Assembly: GCA_965237905.1 (NCBI GenBank)
Contig: OZ250172.1
Span: 1,312,001 to 1,376,000 of the forward strand
Length of the DNA: 64,000 nt
Direction: 5' to 3'
Origin: Nitrospinaceae bacterium
GTDB taxonomy: Bacteria > Nitrospinota > Nitrospinia > Nitrospinales > Nitrospinaceae
Part shown: positions 50,212 through 59,771 of the stretch, piece after piece
Position numbering within the stretch: the first letter of the stretch is position 1
Layout of the letters: each line of letters begins with the position of its first letter
Translations under genes and position numbers: made by a program
Notes under the pieces: generated by a model
What the model was told of the DNA's origin: nothing
The model's input: the letters and a program-made list of their open reading frames with translations, nothing else
The model's database searches: none

Positions 50212-50895
50212 ATGATTAAAAAAGCCAACACTTTTTTTTCGGACGAAGAACGGAAACTTATAGAAAGCGCTATTTCTGAGGCCGAGAGTAAAACTTCCGG
50301 AGAGATTGTTCCAGTGCTTGCCACTCGGTCCGGTCGTTACGATCGAGCCGAAGATTTGTTTGGTTTTTTCTTCGCTTTAACAATCACTTCCTTGGTTTGG
50401 TATTTTTATCAGGGCGTGGTTCCGGTAGAAGGCGATTGGGCCCAGGGCTCCGCCCTGAAGATCAACCTGCCCATCTTACTCGGAACCCTTTTAGCGGGAT
50501 TCCTCCTTGGGGTCATCGGGGCGACCTGGCTTCCCTTTCTTCGCCTTCCTTTCATTGCCAAACAGGAGATGAAGGAAGAGGTGGAAAAAGCAGCGGCAGA
50601 GGCGTTCCAGAAATTTCGCTTACGCCGGACCCGCAACGCCACAGGTGTCCTAATTTATATTTCTTTATATGAACGAATGGTTCGTATTCTTGGCGATGAT
50701 GCGATAAACGAAAAACTTGAAGATAAAGATTGGGATGATATCTGTCAAACGGTTATCCAAGGAATCAGAGATGGAAGAGCGGCGGATGGTTTGAGAGAGG
50801 CCATCCAAAAATGCGGTAATCTTTTATCGGAGCACTTTCCTATCCAACCGGGCGACCAAAATGAACTTTCCAACGAACTCAAGATTATAGACTAA
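50212..50895 (+). CDS. TPM-domain membrane protein
   Basis: AE.KTSGEIV, TGVLIYIS..ER.V.I..D..I, D.NEL.N. Confidence 0.88.
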   Translation: MIKKANTFFSDEERKLIESAISEAESKTSGEIVPVLATRSGRYDRAEDLFGFFFALTITSLVWYFYQGVVPVEGDWAQGSALKINLPILLGTLLAGFLLGVIGATWLPFLRLPFIAKQEMKEEVEKAAAEAFQKFRLRRTRNATGVLIYISLYERMVRILGDDAINEKLEDKDWDDICQTVIQGIRDGRAADGLREAIQKCGNLLSEHFPIQPGDQNELSNELKIID

Positions 50896-51044
50896 CATTG
50901 AGGCCCATCCACTTCCCCTTGCTTGGTCACCAGGTCTTTCTCTACCAGTACGTCCATGAGGGTTTCCATGCTGTACATGTTGGAGAGAACAATCTTCTCC
51001 AGAGGAACTTCTTCACGGTTACCGCCCTTTTGTTTTTCTGACAT
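50892..51044 (-). CDS. 50-aa hypothetical protein (not in ORF track)
   Basis: GGGAGGA RBS, MSEKQKGGNREEVPLEKIVLSNMYSMETLMDVLVEKDLVTKQGEVDGPQC*. Confidence 0.5.
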   Translation of the reverse strand: MSEKQKGGNREEVPLEKIVLSNMYSMETLMDVLVEKDLVTKQGEVDGPQC

Positions 51045-51145
51045 GTAGTAAATCCTCCCTATTAACAGGCTTAGTCAAATCATATTCCTGCTCATCCAAG
51101 CAATGCAGGCATTGACCACGTGCTGGTCCCTTAAAGGCCCCACCC

Positions 51146-51179
51146 TTATGCTGAGGCTGCATCAGCGTCACGCTCTCAA
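51146..51179 (+). repeat. 34-bp direct repeat copy 2
   Basis: Identical to 49218..49251. Confidence 0.9.
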
Positions 51180-51316
51180 CCCCTCCCCTGAAAACCAGTT
51201 GCCCATCCCGCTTCCGGGCATTACCCTGAGAGAGCAAAAAAAGTACAACTATCTGGGGCAGGTCAACACTTGAGGTAAAAAGCTATAAGATACTTTCTGT
51301 TAAACTTTTCTTAGCA

Positions 51317-51347
51317 GAATGTCCGCTATTGGCCGAAAACCGACGTT
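51317..51347 (+). repeat. Palindromic motif D
   Basis: gaatgtccgctattggccgaaaaccgacgtt. Confidence 0.5.
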
Positions 51348-51516
51348 GATACCCCCGGCATAAATCGGCTACCACTTCCTCTGTTTCCCGTCGAGGCCAA
51401 GTGGACCATTCCTACCTTCCCTAAAATTCTCCCAGCTTTATGAGAACCAAAATAAGGCCCTGTTTTTTCCTAGCCCATACCAGAGCTTACTCGGCCAGCG
51501 ATCTCTTAAAACATTT

Positions 51517-51969
51517 TCATTTTTGCGATAGGTTATCGGGAAAGTGATCTGGATTTATTAGGGCCGCCTTTACCTTTCGCTGGGCTTCTGTAAGTTTGCG
51601 TTTATCGAAGGGATTTTTACCCATCCGGAAAGGGTGAAGGGGGCAATCCTTGTCCGAACATTCCCGGATCCGCTTCAACGGTTTACGGCCATTTTCCGAC
51701 CCACCCATACATCGAATGCAGCCTTGACGAATCGCGGCGACCGGCTTGATGGGGGCTCCGTGGATTTCAGTTTTCTCACGGCAAAGACCGGGACTCTTGG
51801 GTCCATTCTTAATTACGCTGCTATCTTTGACCACGATCTGGATTTGCTTGAGCTGTTGGGTCAAGTACGAGTTAGTTTCGGCTAGGTCTTTAAAAGCCTT
51901 GGCCTGCTCCGAACTTAAACCCGGTGGGATTGGGTAAGGATCATTCATCGTCATCCTCTTCGCTTTCAT
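51517..51969 (-). CDS. Phage/ICE-type Cys-rich hypothetical protein
   Basis: AIRQGCIRCMGG..IRECSDKDCPLHPFRMGKNP (CxxC..C..CPL.PFR.GKNP); start uncertain. Confidence 0.6.
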   Translation of the reverse strand: MKAKRMTMNDPYPIPPGLSSEQAKAFKDLAETNSYLTQQLKQIQIVVKDSSVIKNGPKSPGLCREKTEIHGAPIKPVAAIRQGCIRCMGGSENGRKPLKRIRECSDKDCPLHPFRMGKNPFDKRKLTEAQRKVKAALINPDHFPDNLSQK

Positions 51970-52172
51970 CCTCCAGCGCGTCGAGCAGATCGTTAATGGT
52001 CATAATTGAACAAAATATCCGCCTGGTCCTCGCGCGCGCGTACTGGTCCCGAAACTCCAATATTTTTTACTTTTTCTGCAGCTGTATTTCTTCTTCATGC
52101 TCGTTAGTTTTGTTCAATCCGGTATTCCAAGGGGAACCTTAAATAATTTTGGTTATTTCATGGCCATCAATT

Positions 52173-52535
52173 TTAATCCCTCTCATGAATCCGTTGAGTT
52201 TCTTTGTCGAAGTCCAGGCCGATCTCCTTGGGCGCCGGACCATTTCTGTTTTTATCTACCTTTAGGAAGTGCCTACCCTTTTTATCGAGACCCAAGATCA
52301 GAAAAACATCAGCCTTTTGAACGATCTTCCAGCTTCCCCCAATTTTGTTTTTTGAAACTTCCCTATCTCCCTCCCGGTTCAGTTGGGCCAGCAACACTAG
52401 TTTGATACCCAACGAGGTGCAAACCCCCTTGAGCCGTTGAACCCATCGCCCGTAGATTAAATACTCAGAATCCCGGAGTTCCTCTTTCGTTGGCTCGATC
52501 TCTCCGAGATAATCCAAGATCACGACTTTGACATC
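52173..52535 (-). pseudogene. C-terminal fragment of DnaB-like helicase, truncated at att copy
   Basis: VILDYL, LAQLNRE, GS..I.Q.AD, KNRNGP; Walker A region missing; helicase-like sequence starts adjacent to 52536. Confidence 0.8.
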
Positions 52536-52552
52536 TCCTCTCGCCCCGACCA
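52536..52552 (+). repeat. att core copy 2
   Basis: TCCTCTCGCCCCGACCA identical to tRNA-Pro 3' end. Confidence 0.9.
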
Positions 52553-52557
52553 GCGAC

Positions 52558-52606
52558 AAACCGCCGGAGGCAACTTTTAAACGAGTTGTCCTTCGGCGGT
52601 TTTTTT
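52558..52606 (+). terminator. Probable original tRNA-Pro terminator displaced by the island
   Basis: aaaccgccggaggcaac..gttgtccttcggcggttttttt starting 5 nt after the att CCA. Confidence 0.75.
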
Positions 52607-52762
52607 GGGTGCACAACTCTGTTATGGCACCAAATAGCTAGTTAAAACAAATACTTACAGTGCTCCGCCATAGGCCTTTTTTTGTTTGATATTTAAAGCC
52701 CAACCCTTACCCTAGTTCTATAACCCTGACTCATATTTGGAAACCTAAACCAAGAGAAACCG

Positions 52763-53341
52763 ATGTCTCGTGCCCATAAGAACCCATCCACAAAGACGGA
52801 AAGCACCCGTGAAATCGTGCTGGATAAAATTGAAACCACCCTGGAAACCACCATTTTCAACAGCCGCTGGTTGCTGGCGCCGTTCTATCTGGGGCTGGTG
52901 GTCAGCATCGCTTTGCTCTTTGTTAAATTTGCCCAGGAACTTTACCATTTAACAATCCATGTCGCCACCGCCTCCGAAAGCGCCGTGATTATCGGTATCT
53001 TGGCCCTGGTCGACATGGCCCTGGTCGGATCATTACTCCTGATGATTGTCTTCTCGGGTTATGAAATCTTCGTGTCAAAGATAGACGTGGGCGACCATGA
53101 GGACCGGCCCGATTGGATGGGCAAGGTGGATTTCAGCGGCCTCAAATTGAAAGTCATTGGCGCCATCGTCGCCATTTCCGCCATCGACCTTCTCAAAACG
53201 TTTATGGAAATCCCGGTTAATCCGACCGAAGCCAACTCCACAATGTTCCTGTGGAAGGTGACCATTCATATGGCCTTTGTCCTGAGTGGTGTCTTGTTCG
53301 CAGTGATGGACCGCATCTCTGCCGAAACAAAATCGCATTAA
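52763..53341 (+). CDS. yqhA: UPF0114/YqhA (TIGR00645) membrane protein
   Basis: SRWLLAP.Y.GL, SGYE.FVSK.D, LKLKV...IVAISAI.LL..FM. Confidence 0.9.
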   Translation: MSRAHKNPSTKTESTREIVLDKIETTLETTIFNSRWLLAPFYLGLVVSIALLFVKFAQELYHLTIHVATASESAVIIGILALVDMALVGSLLLMIVFSGYEIFVSKIDVGDHEDRPDWMGKVDFSGLKLKVIGAIVAISAIDLLKTFMEIPVNPTEANSTMFLWKVTIHMAFVLSGVLFAVMDRISAETKSH

Positions 53342-53626
53342 GCTTAAATCTATCAAACCGGGTGCGCACGCACCCTTTCTTCTCTCCATTACACGCAATT
53401 TCAACTGGTTAACTACAAACCGTTTGTGTTCTGGCGGTTCTGGTGTAAGGTTCGTGAACTATGTTACGATAATGGGGATGTCTTTTTGGCACACTCCGCC
53501 GGAGCCGGTTGTTTGGGTTCCACGTTCGCGGCTTCCTGTCAAAATTTCGTTTCTCGCAGGCAATCCTTCCTCCCCCGAGGAATTTTTTTATTTCATTCTC
53601 TTTTATTATTTACTTCAGGTGAGACT

Positions 53627-54121
53627 ATGATCAGGAATTTGAAACGGGTACCGGCGCTTTTATTATTGATTTGCGGACTGATGGTCTGGGCTCTGCCCGT
53701 GGCCGCAGGGGACCGGATGGCCAAGGACGGCGACGTGGTGTCCATCCATTACACAGGAAAGCTCGAGGATAAATCCGTGTTCGACACCTCGGACAACCGG
53801 GACCCTCTGGAATTCACACTGGGTGAGCAAAATATCATTCCCGGAATGAACAACGCCGTGCGCGGGATGAAGGCGGGCGAATCGAAAACCGTGTCCATTG
53901 CTCCGGCAGAAGCCTATGGCCCTTACGATGACAAACTGGTGTTCGAGGTGCCGACCAAAAACCTGCCGCCTGGAATCACTGCCGGCACTCCCTTGAGGGA
54001 TCCGCAAGGCCATATGGTGATGGTGAAGGACGTGAAGGGTGAGAAATCAACTCTGGATGCCAACCATATCCTGGCGGGCAAGACCTTGATCTTCGATATC
54101 AAACTGGTCAGCATCAAATAG
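53627..54121 (+). CDS. Exported FKBP-type peptidyl-prolyl isomerase (IF-domain type)
   Basis: Signal peptide; HYTG.L....FDTS, AYG, DANH.LAGK.L.F. Confidence 0.9.
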   Translation: MIRNLKRVPALLLLICGLMVWALPVAAGDRMAKDGDVVSIHYTGKLEDKSVFDTSDNRDPLEFTLGEQNIIPGMNNAVRGMKAGESKTVSIAPAEAYGPYDDKLVFEVPTKNLPPGITAGTPLRDPQGHMVMVKDVKGEKSTLDANHILAGKTLIFDIKLVSIK

Positions 54122-54172
54122 CCAGGCAACGAGAAAATATAAAACTCTTCTCCTCATGGGGAGAGGGCATAG

Positions 54173-54208
54173 AAAAAAGGATTAGGGAGCGTTCCCTGAT
54201 CCTTTTTT
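54173..54208. terminator. Bidirectional terminator
   Basis: aaaaaaggattaggga-gcgt-tccctgatcctttttt between convergent genes. Confidence 0.85.
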
Positions 54209-54220
54209 ATTGTATGCGAT

Positions 54221-55546
54221 TTATTGGGAAGATCGTGCGCAACGGAAACCGGTGCCTTCGGGCCGCAATTGAAAATGTGAGTCGCGGCGGTTGGCAGACC
54301 GCAATGCTCCCGCGTTTTCGTTCCACGCCCCGCCCCGGTACACTTTATTGGTAATGGCTTGGGAACCGATGCAATCCGCCCGCATGCAGGCCTGCAAATC
54401 CGGGCGGGGTCCGGGAGGATCCTTTTCCGGGCTCACCAAATAGTAATTTTTTTCAACGCCCATCCAATCCTGAATCCACTCGCTGACGTTGCCCGCCATA
54501 TCGTAGAGCCCGAACGGATTGGGCGGGAACGATCCCACCGGCGCGGTGTGTTTGAATCCATCGGTAACGCGCGGCTCCCGGATGTTCAACTCGCAGACGC
54601 TGTCGCAGAAGTTGGCTTCTTTTCCGGAAAGGGTGGGTCCCCAGTAAAACGGCGTGGTGGTTCCCGCACGCGCGGCATATTCCCATTCGGCCTCGGTCGG
54701 CAGGCGCATGCCGATTTTTTTACAATAATCGCTGGCCTCATCCCACGTCAGGCTGTCGACCGGCAGGTCCGCCCCGACATGTTGGGAAGGATTGGTTCCC
54801 ATCACCGCCTGAAAATTTTTCTGCCGCACTTCGTACTTGCCCATCTGAAAGGCTGAAATACAAACTTTATGGACCGGCCGTTCGTCCGGATCGCCCTGCT
54901 CACTTCCCATTTGAAAACAACCGGCGGGAATCGCTGCCATTTCCTCGTCGGCCCTGGCATGCTGGGTGGAAATGAGACTTTTCTGAACCTCAGCTTTTAA
55001 GGCTAGAGCCTGATCCCGCGTCGCGGTGGGAATGCCTTTGTATTGGATCCGGGTTTTGCTTTTCGGCAGTAATTTCATCTTACCGGTTTTCATGAAATAC
55101 ACCCGGTAGTGTGGAACCAACTTCACCACGTCGCCCCGGATAAACGATTGGGACTGTTCTTTCTCCTCAGCAGCAGACTCATCCACCACCATCACCGTTT
55201 CATCCACCAGCTCCGCCTCATGGGGATTCGGGTCGCCTTCGACATAGATCCGCACGTTACGCCCTTTGACAACGGGCATTTTCAGAATGCGGTCAATGAG
55301 GGTTTCCGCCTCCTGGAATTTTTTCAATTTGATTTTGGTTTCAGCCAGGGCGCGAATCGCTTTGTGGTCATCCGGCGCTTTAGCCACCACTTGGCTGAAA
55401 AACTTTTCGGCTTCCTTATATTTCCCCTCACTGAAAGCCTTTTGGCCCGATTGGAGAAGATCGGCCTCTCCCGCCAGCGCAACTCCGGCAGGAGGGATCA
55501 TCAAACCCATCATTAACAAAATCCATACAGGAAAAATATGTTTCAT
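54221..55546 (-). CDS. Secreted TPR + FGE-sulfatase (SUMF1/EgtB/PvdO) domain protein
   Basis: F.MGS, RLPTEAEWEYAARAG, PN.FGLYDM.GNV.EW, RGGAW, GFRCA. Confidence 0.9.
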   Translation of the reverse strand: MKHIFPVWILLMMGLMIPPAGVALAGEADLLQSGQKAFSEGKYKEAEKFFSQVVAKAPDDHKAIRALAETKIKLKKFQEAETLIDRILKMPVVKGRNVRIYVEGDPNPHEAELVDETVMVVDESAAEEKEQSQSFIRGDVVKLVPHYRVYFMKTGKMKLLPKSKTRIQYKGIPTATRDQALALKAEVQKSLISTQHARADEEMAAIPAGCFQMGSEQGDPDERPVHKVCISAFQMGKYEVRQKNFQAVMGTNPSQHVGADLPVDSLTWDEASDYCKKIGMRLPTEAEWEYAARAGTTTPFYWGPTLSGKEANFCDSVCELNIREPRVTDGFKHTAPVGSFPPNPFGLYDMAGNVSEWIQDWMGVEKNYYLVSPEKDPPGPRPDLQACMRADCIGSQAITNKVYRGGAWNENAGALRSANRRDSHFQLRPEGTGFRCARSSQ

Positions 55547-55610
55547 GTACCGTGCTCCTCAGTTCAGAAAATATCGTTAAATATGCCGTAATTAAATGTG
55601 AAATGCGACT

Positions 55611-56627
55611 TTAATTTAACGGGAAACGTTTGGAGGAATAAAGCGCGCGGTAAGCGAATACAGCAACTCCTGTAACCAGCAGAAATGCAAAGAAAAGCAC
55701 CGCCCACTGGCTGTCTGGATATTCCAGCTTATCGGGCCAGTAAACCCATGTGATCGCACCGCTCCATACCACCCCCGGTGCCACCCATACCAAATATTTC
55801 AAACCCCTTCTTCCGCCTTTAAACCAAATCCAGACATTCAGGACGCTCAGAAAAACGACAAAGAGTAGAACGGATTCGACCGGATCAAAACCGCGGATCC
55901 CCCTTTGCGCCAACTGCCGATGGATTTGTTCCCTCTCCGCCAACTCTTTCAGGAACGCGCAACTGGGTTGCCCTTTCTCCGCATGGTTCTCGCAATCGAA
56001 TTGAAATAATTCCCGCGCCCGATTCCATTGTCCGGCGCGCTCGAATCCTTTCGCCAGGCGGTAACAGGGACCGTAATTGGCGGGGTCGGGTGGACGAAAA
56101 TGGTTCCGGCACAAGGGTTCCAAATGACGGGCCGCTGATTCCATTTCGACCAGCTTTAAATACTCTTGCCCGAGATAAAAACAGGTGATGGGTTTCTCTT
56201 CCTCACAACGAGCCTCCACAGGAGCGGCTTCCTCATCCAGGCGGTTCATTTTCCAGGCAAGGCTCAGTAAAGGAGTGCAAGCGCGCAGGTGACCCGGGGT
56301 GGGATGTTTTTTACATGCGGTGCGATAGAGTTCCAAAGCGCGTTTCCGGTGCCCGGCTTTCTCTTCTTTAATACCCAGGGCGAGGCAGTATATGGTTTTC
56401 CCCTTGAAACATTGCTGGCGCGCCTGGTCGTCATTCAGCGCTTCCTCATCGGCATAGGCCCAGCAAACCCACATCAATAGAACGGTACTTATCAAAAGAA
56501 CATGTTTTAAACACTGGAATCCTGTGGCAGGAAACAAACCATAAAAAGACCGGCGGGGCGGCCGGGCTTGGGAATGATTCGTAAGGTTGATCAAGGGAAC
56601 CTTGAGAAACAATTGGGTTGGGTTCAT
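55611..56627 (-). CDS. Membrane protein with Cys-containing Sel1/TPR-like repeats
   Basis: Repeated C..LG/LA..A...Y/F...C units; three C-terminal TM helices; start uncertain. Confidence 0.6.
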   Translation of the reverse strand: MNPTQLFLKVPLINLTNHSQARPPRRSFYGLFPATGFQCLKHVLLISTVLLMWVCWAYADEEALNDDQARQQCFKGKTIYCLALGIKEEKAGHRKRALELYRTACKKHPTPGHLRACTPLLSLAWKMNRLDEEAAPVEARCEEEKPITCFYLGQEYLKLVEMESAARHLEPLCRNHFRPPDPANYGPCYRLAKGFERAGQWNRARELFQFDCENHAEKGQPSCAFLKELAEREQIHRQLAQRGIRGFDPVESVLLFVVFLSVLNVWIWFKGGRRGLKYLVWVAPGVVWSGAITWVYWPDKLEYPDSQWAVLFFAFLLVTGVAVFAYRALYSSKRFPLN

Positions 56628-56799
56628 CGGCCATCAGACTTCTTTATGGTAGCACGATTGTTCATTTTCCATGACGATTTGACCTTGAGTTAAACGGCAT
56701 TGAATTCAGTATACACGCAGACCAATAAAAGTTGATTTTTCGATTATTTCCTAATATGGTAGGGTCAAATATAATTATTCATTCTTGGAGAATATAAAA

Positions 56800-57279
56800 A
56801 TGGTCAAAAAAGACGCCGTCGTTTCGCTGAGTTATACCTTAAATAATGGTGATGGACAGGAACTGGACAAATCCACTCCCGATAAACCGTTTGCATATCT
56901 TCATGGCAATAAACAGATTGTACCGGGGCTGGAGAATGCATTGGAAGGTATGGTCATCGGGGATAAGAAGGAAGTCACGGTGCCTCCGGCGGAAGGTTAC
57001 GGCGAGTTTGTTCCTGGGCTGAAAATGGATATCGAGCGTTCCAATTTCCCCAAAGATATCGAGATCCAGCCCGGCATGCAGTTCTCCGCAGAAGTCAGCG
57101 GGAACAACCAGGTCTTCACCGTTACCGGCCTTGAAGGTGACAAAGTCCAGGTCGACGGCAACCATCCGCTAGCCGGCCAGACCCTTCATTTTGCTGTCGA
57201 GGTGGTTGAAATTCGTGACGCTACTAAAGAGGAGCTGGAACACGGGCACATTCATGGCCCTGGCGGTCACAACCATTAA
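56800..57279 (+). CDS. slyD: FKBP-type PPIase SlyD
   Basis: YLHG..Q..PGLE.ALEG, DGNHPLAG..L.F, EELEHGHIHGPGGHNH. Confidence 0.93.
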   Translation: MVKKDAVVSLSYTLNNGDGQELDKSTPDKPFAYLHGNKQIVPGLENALEGMVIGDKKEVTVPPAEGYGEFVPGLKMDIERSNFPKDIEIQPGMQFSAEVSGNNQVFTVTGLEGDKVQVDGNHPLAGQTLHFAVEVVEIRDATKEELEHGHIHGPGGHNH

Positions 57280-57454
57280 ATACGGCTGGAGAGGATTTGC
57301 GCGGAACCCCCCGCTTCACCTCAGCGGGTTCTTTTGATAAGAATCAGGAAATTGATAACCGGTTTCAATATTGACGCCTGCTTCGCTCTCCTCTGATCTT
57401 TAACTCCTCCAGTCGATCCCTGCGCCAAATTTATAGAGAGGACTCTTATTCCGC

Positions 57455-59071
57455 TCAAGACTTCGTCACGGGCTTAAGGACTTTCACCAACTCGTGTTCG
57501 GCCTCCTCTTTTTCTATAAGATTGCGTATGATACCCGTAAACATTTGTTGACCCTCAATTACGGTTTCATTGACCGCCAGTTCCGCAGAAAATTTCGTGC
57601 CGTCCTTTTTTCTTGCCGTTATCACACGGCGTAACCCCAAAGCGGCCGACTTTTTGGATTGGAGAAGATTCTTGAAGTATCCATCGCTCCGGACACCCTC
57701 CGCCCCTGCCATCATGAGATCAATATTTTGTCCGAGTGCTTCGTCAATTTTGAGACCGAATAAATGCTCCGCCGCGCGATTGAAGGAATGGATGGTCCCC
57801 TCTTCATCAATGGTAATAATGCCATCAACCACATTATTCATAATCTCGGCCAAACGATGCTCGCCGGCCTCGAGAACTTCAATAGTCTTTTTCTGCCCGT
57901 CGATTTCTATTTGAAGATCTTTGTTTAATTTCGTTAAATTTGAAGTGTGCTCGTGGGCCCGTTTATCAAGGTCTTGATGAGCTCTACCGGGAAAGTTCTC
58001 TAATTTTTTCCGGTCGGTTATATCTTGAACAATGGCAACGAACTGCGGACGTGTTTCAGTTCTTGAGAGTTGGAGGCGGATATCGACAGGATAAAGGGTT
58101 CCACTTTTTCTCTTATGAACCGCTTCAAAAGCGGTGACTGATTCAAGCCCTCTCTTTAATGAAGCGGTCAGTTTCTCAAACTGTTCCCATGTGAGCTCTG
58201 GTAACAGGTCTACAGGGGTCATCTCGTAAAGCTCTTCCTTGTTGTAACGCAGATTGAGTCGAGCCGCTAGATTGACTTTGTCAAACTTAAAGGTTTCCGC
58301 ATCAAAAATATAAATCTCGTTAAAGGATTTATCCACAATGCGGCCTAAACGAGCCGCCAGATTCTCCGCTTCCTTCTGTTCGGTGATATCTTGAAGGGTT
58401 CCCAGGATTTTAGTCGACTTCCCTTTTTGATCCAGATAAACTTCCGAGCGTTGCTTTATAATTCGAATGGAACCATCTCGACGCACTACCCGATGGGTAA
58501 GATTAAAGGCTGTCCCTTGGTCCAGGGCTTTCTGGATCTCCTTTTTTACAAAACTGCGATCATCCGGATGAACGGATTTCAAAAATCTCTGAAAGTTTAT
58601 AGCCGTATTATTCGGGCTGCAATCCAGTATCCGGTAAACTTCATTAGACAACCGCACTTCCTGACCCGATAACTCGAGCACCCAGCTCCCCGTTTTGGAA
58701 ATTTCATGGGCGCGGGCCAAATCTTTCTCAACTTTTTTATGCCGGCCCATTTCATCTTCCAGGTTTTTTCGGAGACTCTCACCTTTTCGCCATATGTTGA
58801 ATCCCAGGCCAGCAATGAGAGCAAGAAAAGCTCCTGTCACAGCCAACAAAAATCCTAGTATAATATTAAATTGCATCGGGGTCCAATCCGGGTAGACCTG
58901 CATCAACGCCGGAATATTCAAATACCAGCTGGCAATCACAAGGAATCCCAAAAACATGGCAAAAATACTTAAAACTTGGGCCGAAATCAGGAACCCACCC
59001 CGAGCGGCTTCCAGGCTTTTGGAATTCGTAGATTGCTCATTCTGATCAATTGTTAAAATTTTTGATTTCAA
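57455..59071 (-). CDS. Membrane-bound multi-PAS protein without output domain
   Basis: Two TM helices, three PAS/PAC modules (VHPDD, QDITE, QDITD, FN.AAE..FG), ends shortly after last PAC. Confidence 0.8.
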   Translation of the reverse strand: MKSKILTIDQNEQSTNSKSLEAARGGFLISAQVLSIFAMFLGFLVIASWYLNIPALMQVYPDWTPMQFNIILGFLLAVTGAFLALIAGLGFNIWRKGESLRKNLEDEMGRHKKVEKDLARAHEISKTGSWVLELSGQEVRLSNEVYRILDCSPNNTAINFQRFLKSVHPDDRSFVKKEIQKALDQGTAFNLTHRVVRRDGSIRIIKQRSEVYLDQKGKSTKILGTLQDITEQKEAENLAARLGRIVDKSFNEIYIFDAETFKFDKVNLAARLNLRYNKEELYEMTPVDLLPELTWEQFEKLTASLKRGLESVTAFEAVHKRKSGTLYPVDIRLQLSRTETRPQFVAIVQDITDRKKLENFPGRAHQDLDKRAHEHTSNLTKLNKDLQIEIDGQKKTIEVLEAGEHRLAEIMNNVVDGIITIDEEGTIHSFNRAAEHLFGLKIDEALGQNIDLMMAGAEGVRSDGYFKNLLQSKKSAALGLRRVITARKKDGTKFSAELAVNETVIEGQQMFTGIIRNLIEKEEAEHELVKVLKPVTKS

Positions 59072-59115
59072 TTTATTATGCCGGAGGTTGTTTATGCTCT
59101 CTTCTCCCTATACTA

Positions 59116-59131
59116 TGCAATTTAGAGGCCA
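59116..59131 (-). promoter_or_regulatory. Putative sigma54 (-24/-12) promoter of PAS gene
   Basis: Minus strand TGGC-CTCTAAA-TTGCA (GG-N10-GC), 45 nt upstream of ATG. Confidence 0.5.
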
Positions 59132-59377
59132 AACGTATAACTAGCTTAAATACAATAGGTTTTACATTCGGTCCCTCCCTTTTCAGACCGGCTGGAGTGT
59201 GTCAATTCTGGTATTTCTGTTTCATATGTAACTCTTTAGAGATTACATTTACCAGTAGCGGAGAATATTCGGAAATTACGTAGGGGGATAATTTCTGGTA
59301 TATTGGATGCTTCAGAAAGGGAAGCTACACAGAACCCAACGCCCTTTACCCTCAACCGAAAACCAGTAAAACCATGC

Positions 59378-59454
59378 GCGCCTGTAGCTCAGCTGGATAG
59401 AGCAGCGGACTTCTAATCCGCAGGTCGTACGTTCGAGTCGTACCAGGCGTACCA
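59378..59454 (+). tRNA. tRNA-Arg(UCU)
   Basis: Cloverleaf, GCGGA-CT-TCT-AA-TCCGC, TTCGAGT T-loop, CCA. Confidence 0.95.
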
Positions 59455-59480
59455 AATAAGGCCTTATCAGGTATATTCTT

Positions 59481-59522
59481 AACAGCGACCCCATTGTTTG
59501 ATCGGGGTCGCTGTTTTTTTTT
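59481..59522 (+). terminator. Terminator after tRNA-Arg(UCU)
   Basis: aacagcgacccc..ggggtcgctgtt followed by T run. Confidence 0.85.
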
Positions 59523-59771
59523 AATCAGGGAATAATGGGGTTTGTAAATAGGGGGGATGCCGAGCCGGGCATTTACCATTTCCATCTCTGGCGGGTGCTC
59601 AATCAATCTGTAAAACCTCCACTTAAAGAATTGTACAACGGATGAAGCTCGGTTAAACTTAAATAGTACGGCAGGCAGATAAATTTGTTCCATGCCATTT
59701 TCCCAAATTAATATCAATTCAATGTTAGCAATCCATACCGCTCTCTCTTAGGGGCGGGCGAGGGTGATTCA

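Noticed and set aside
52536..52616. N-terminal part of the 147-aa ORF as real DnaB sequence
   Set aside because: It is the reverse complement of the att copy and terminator; helicase-like sequence begins only at 52535
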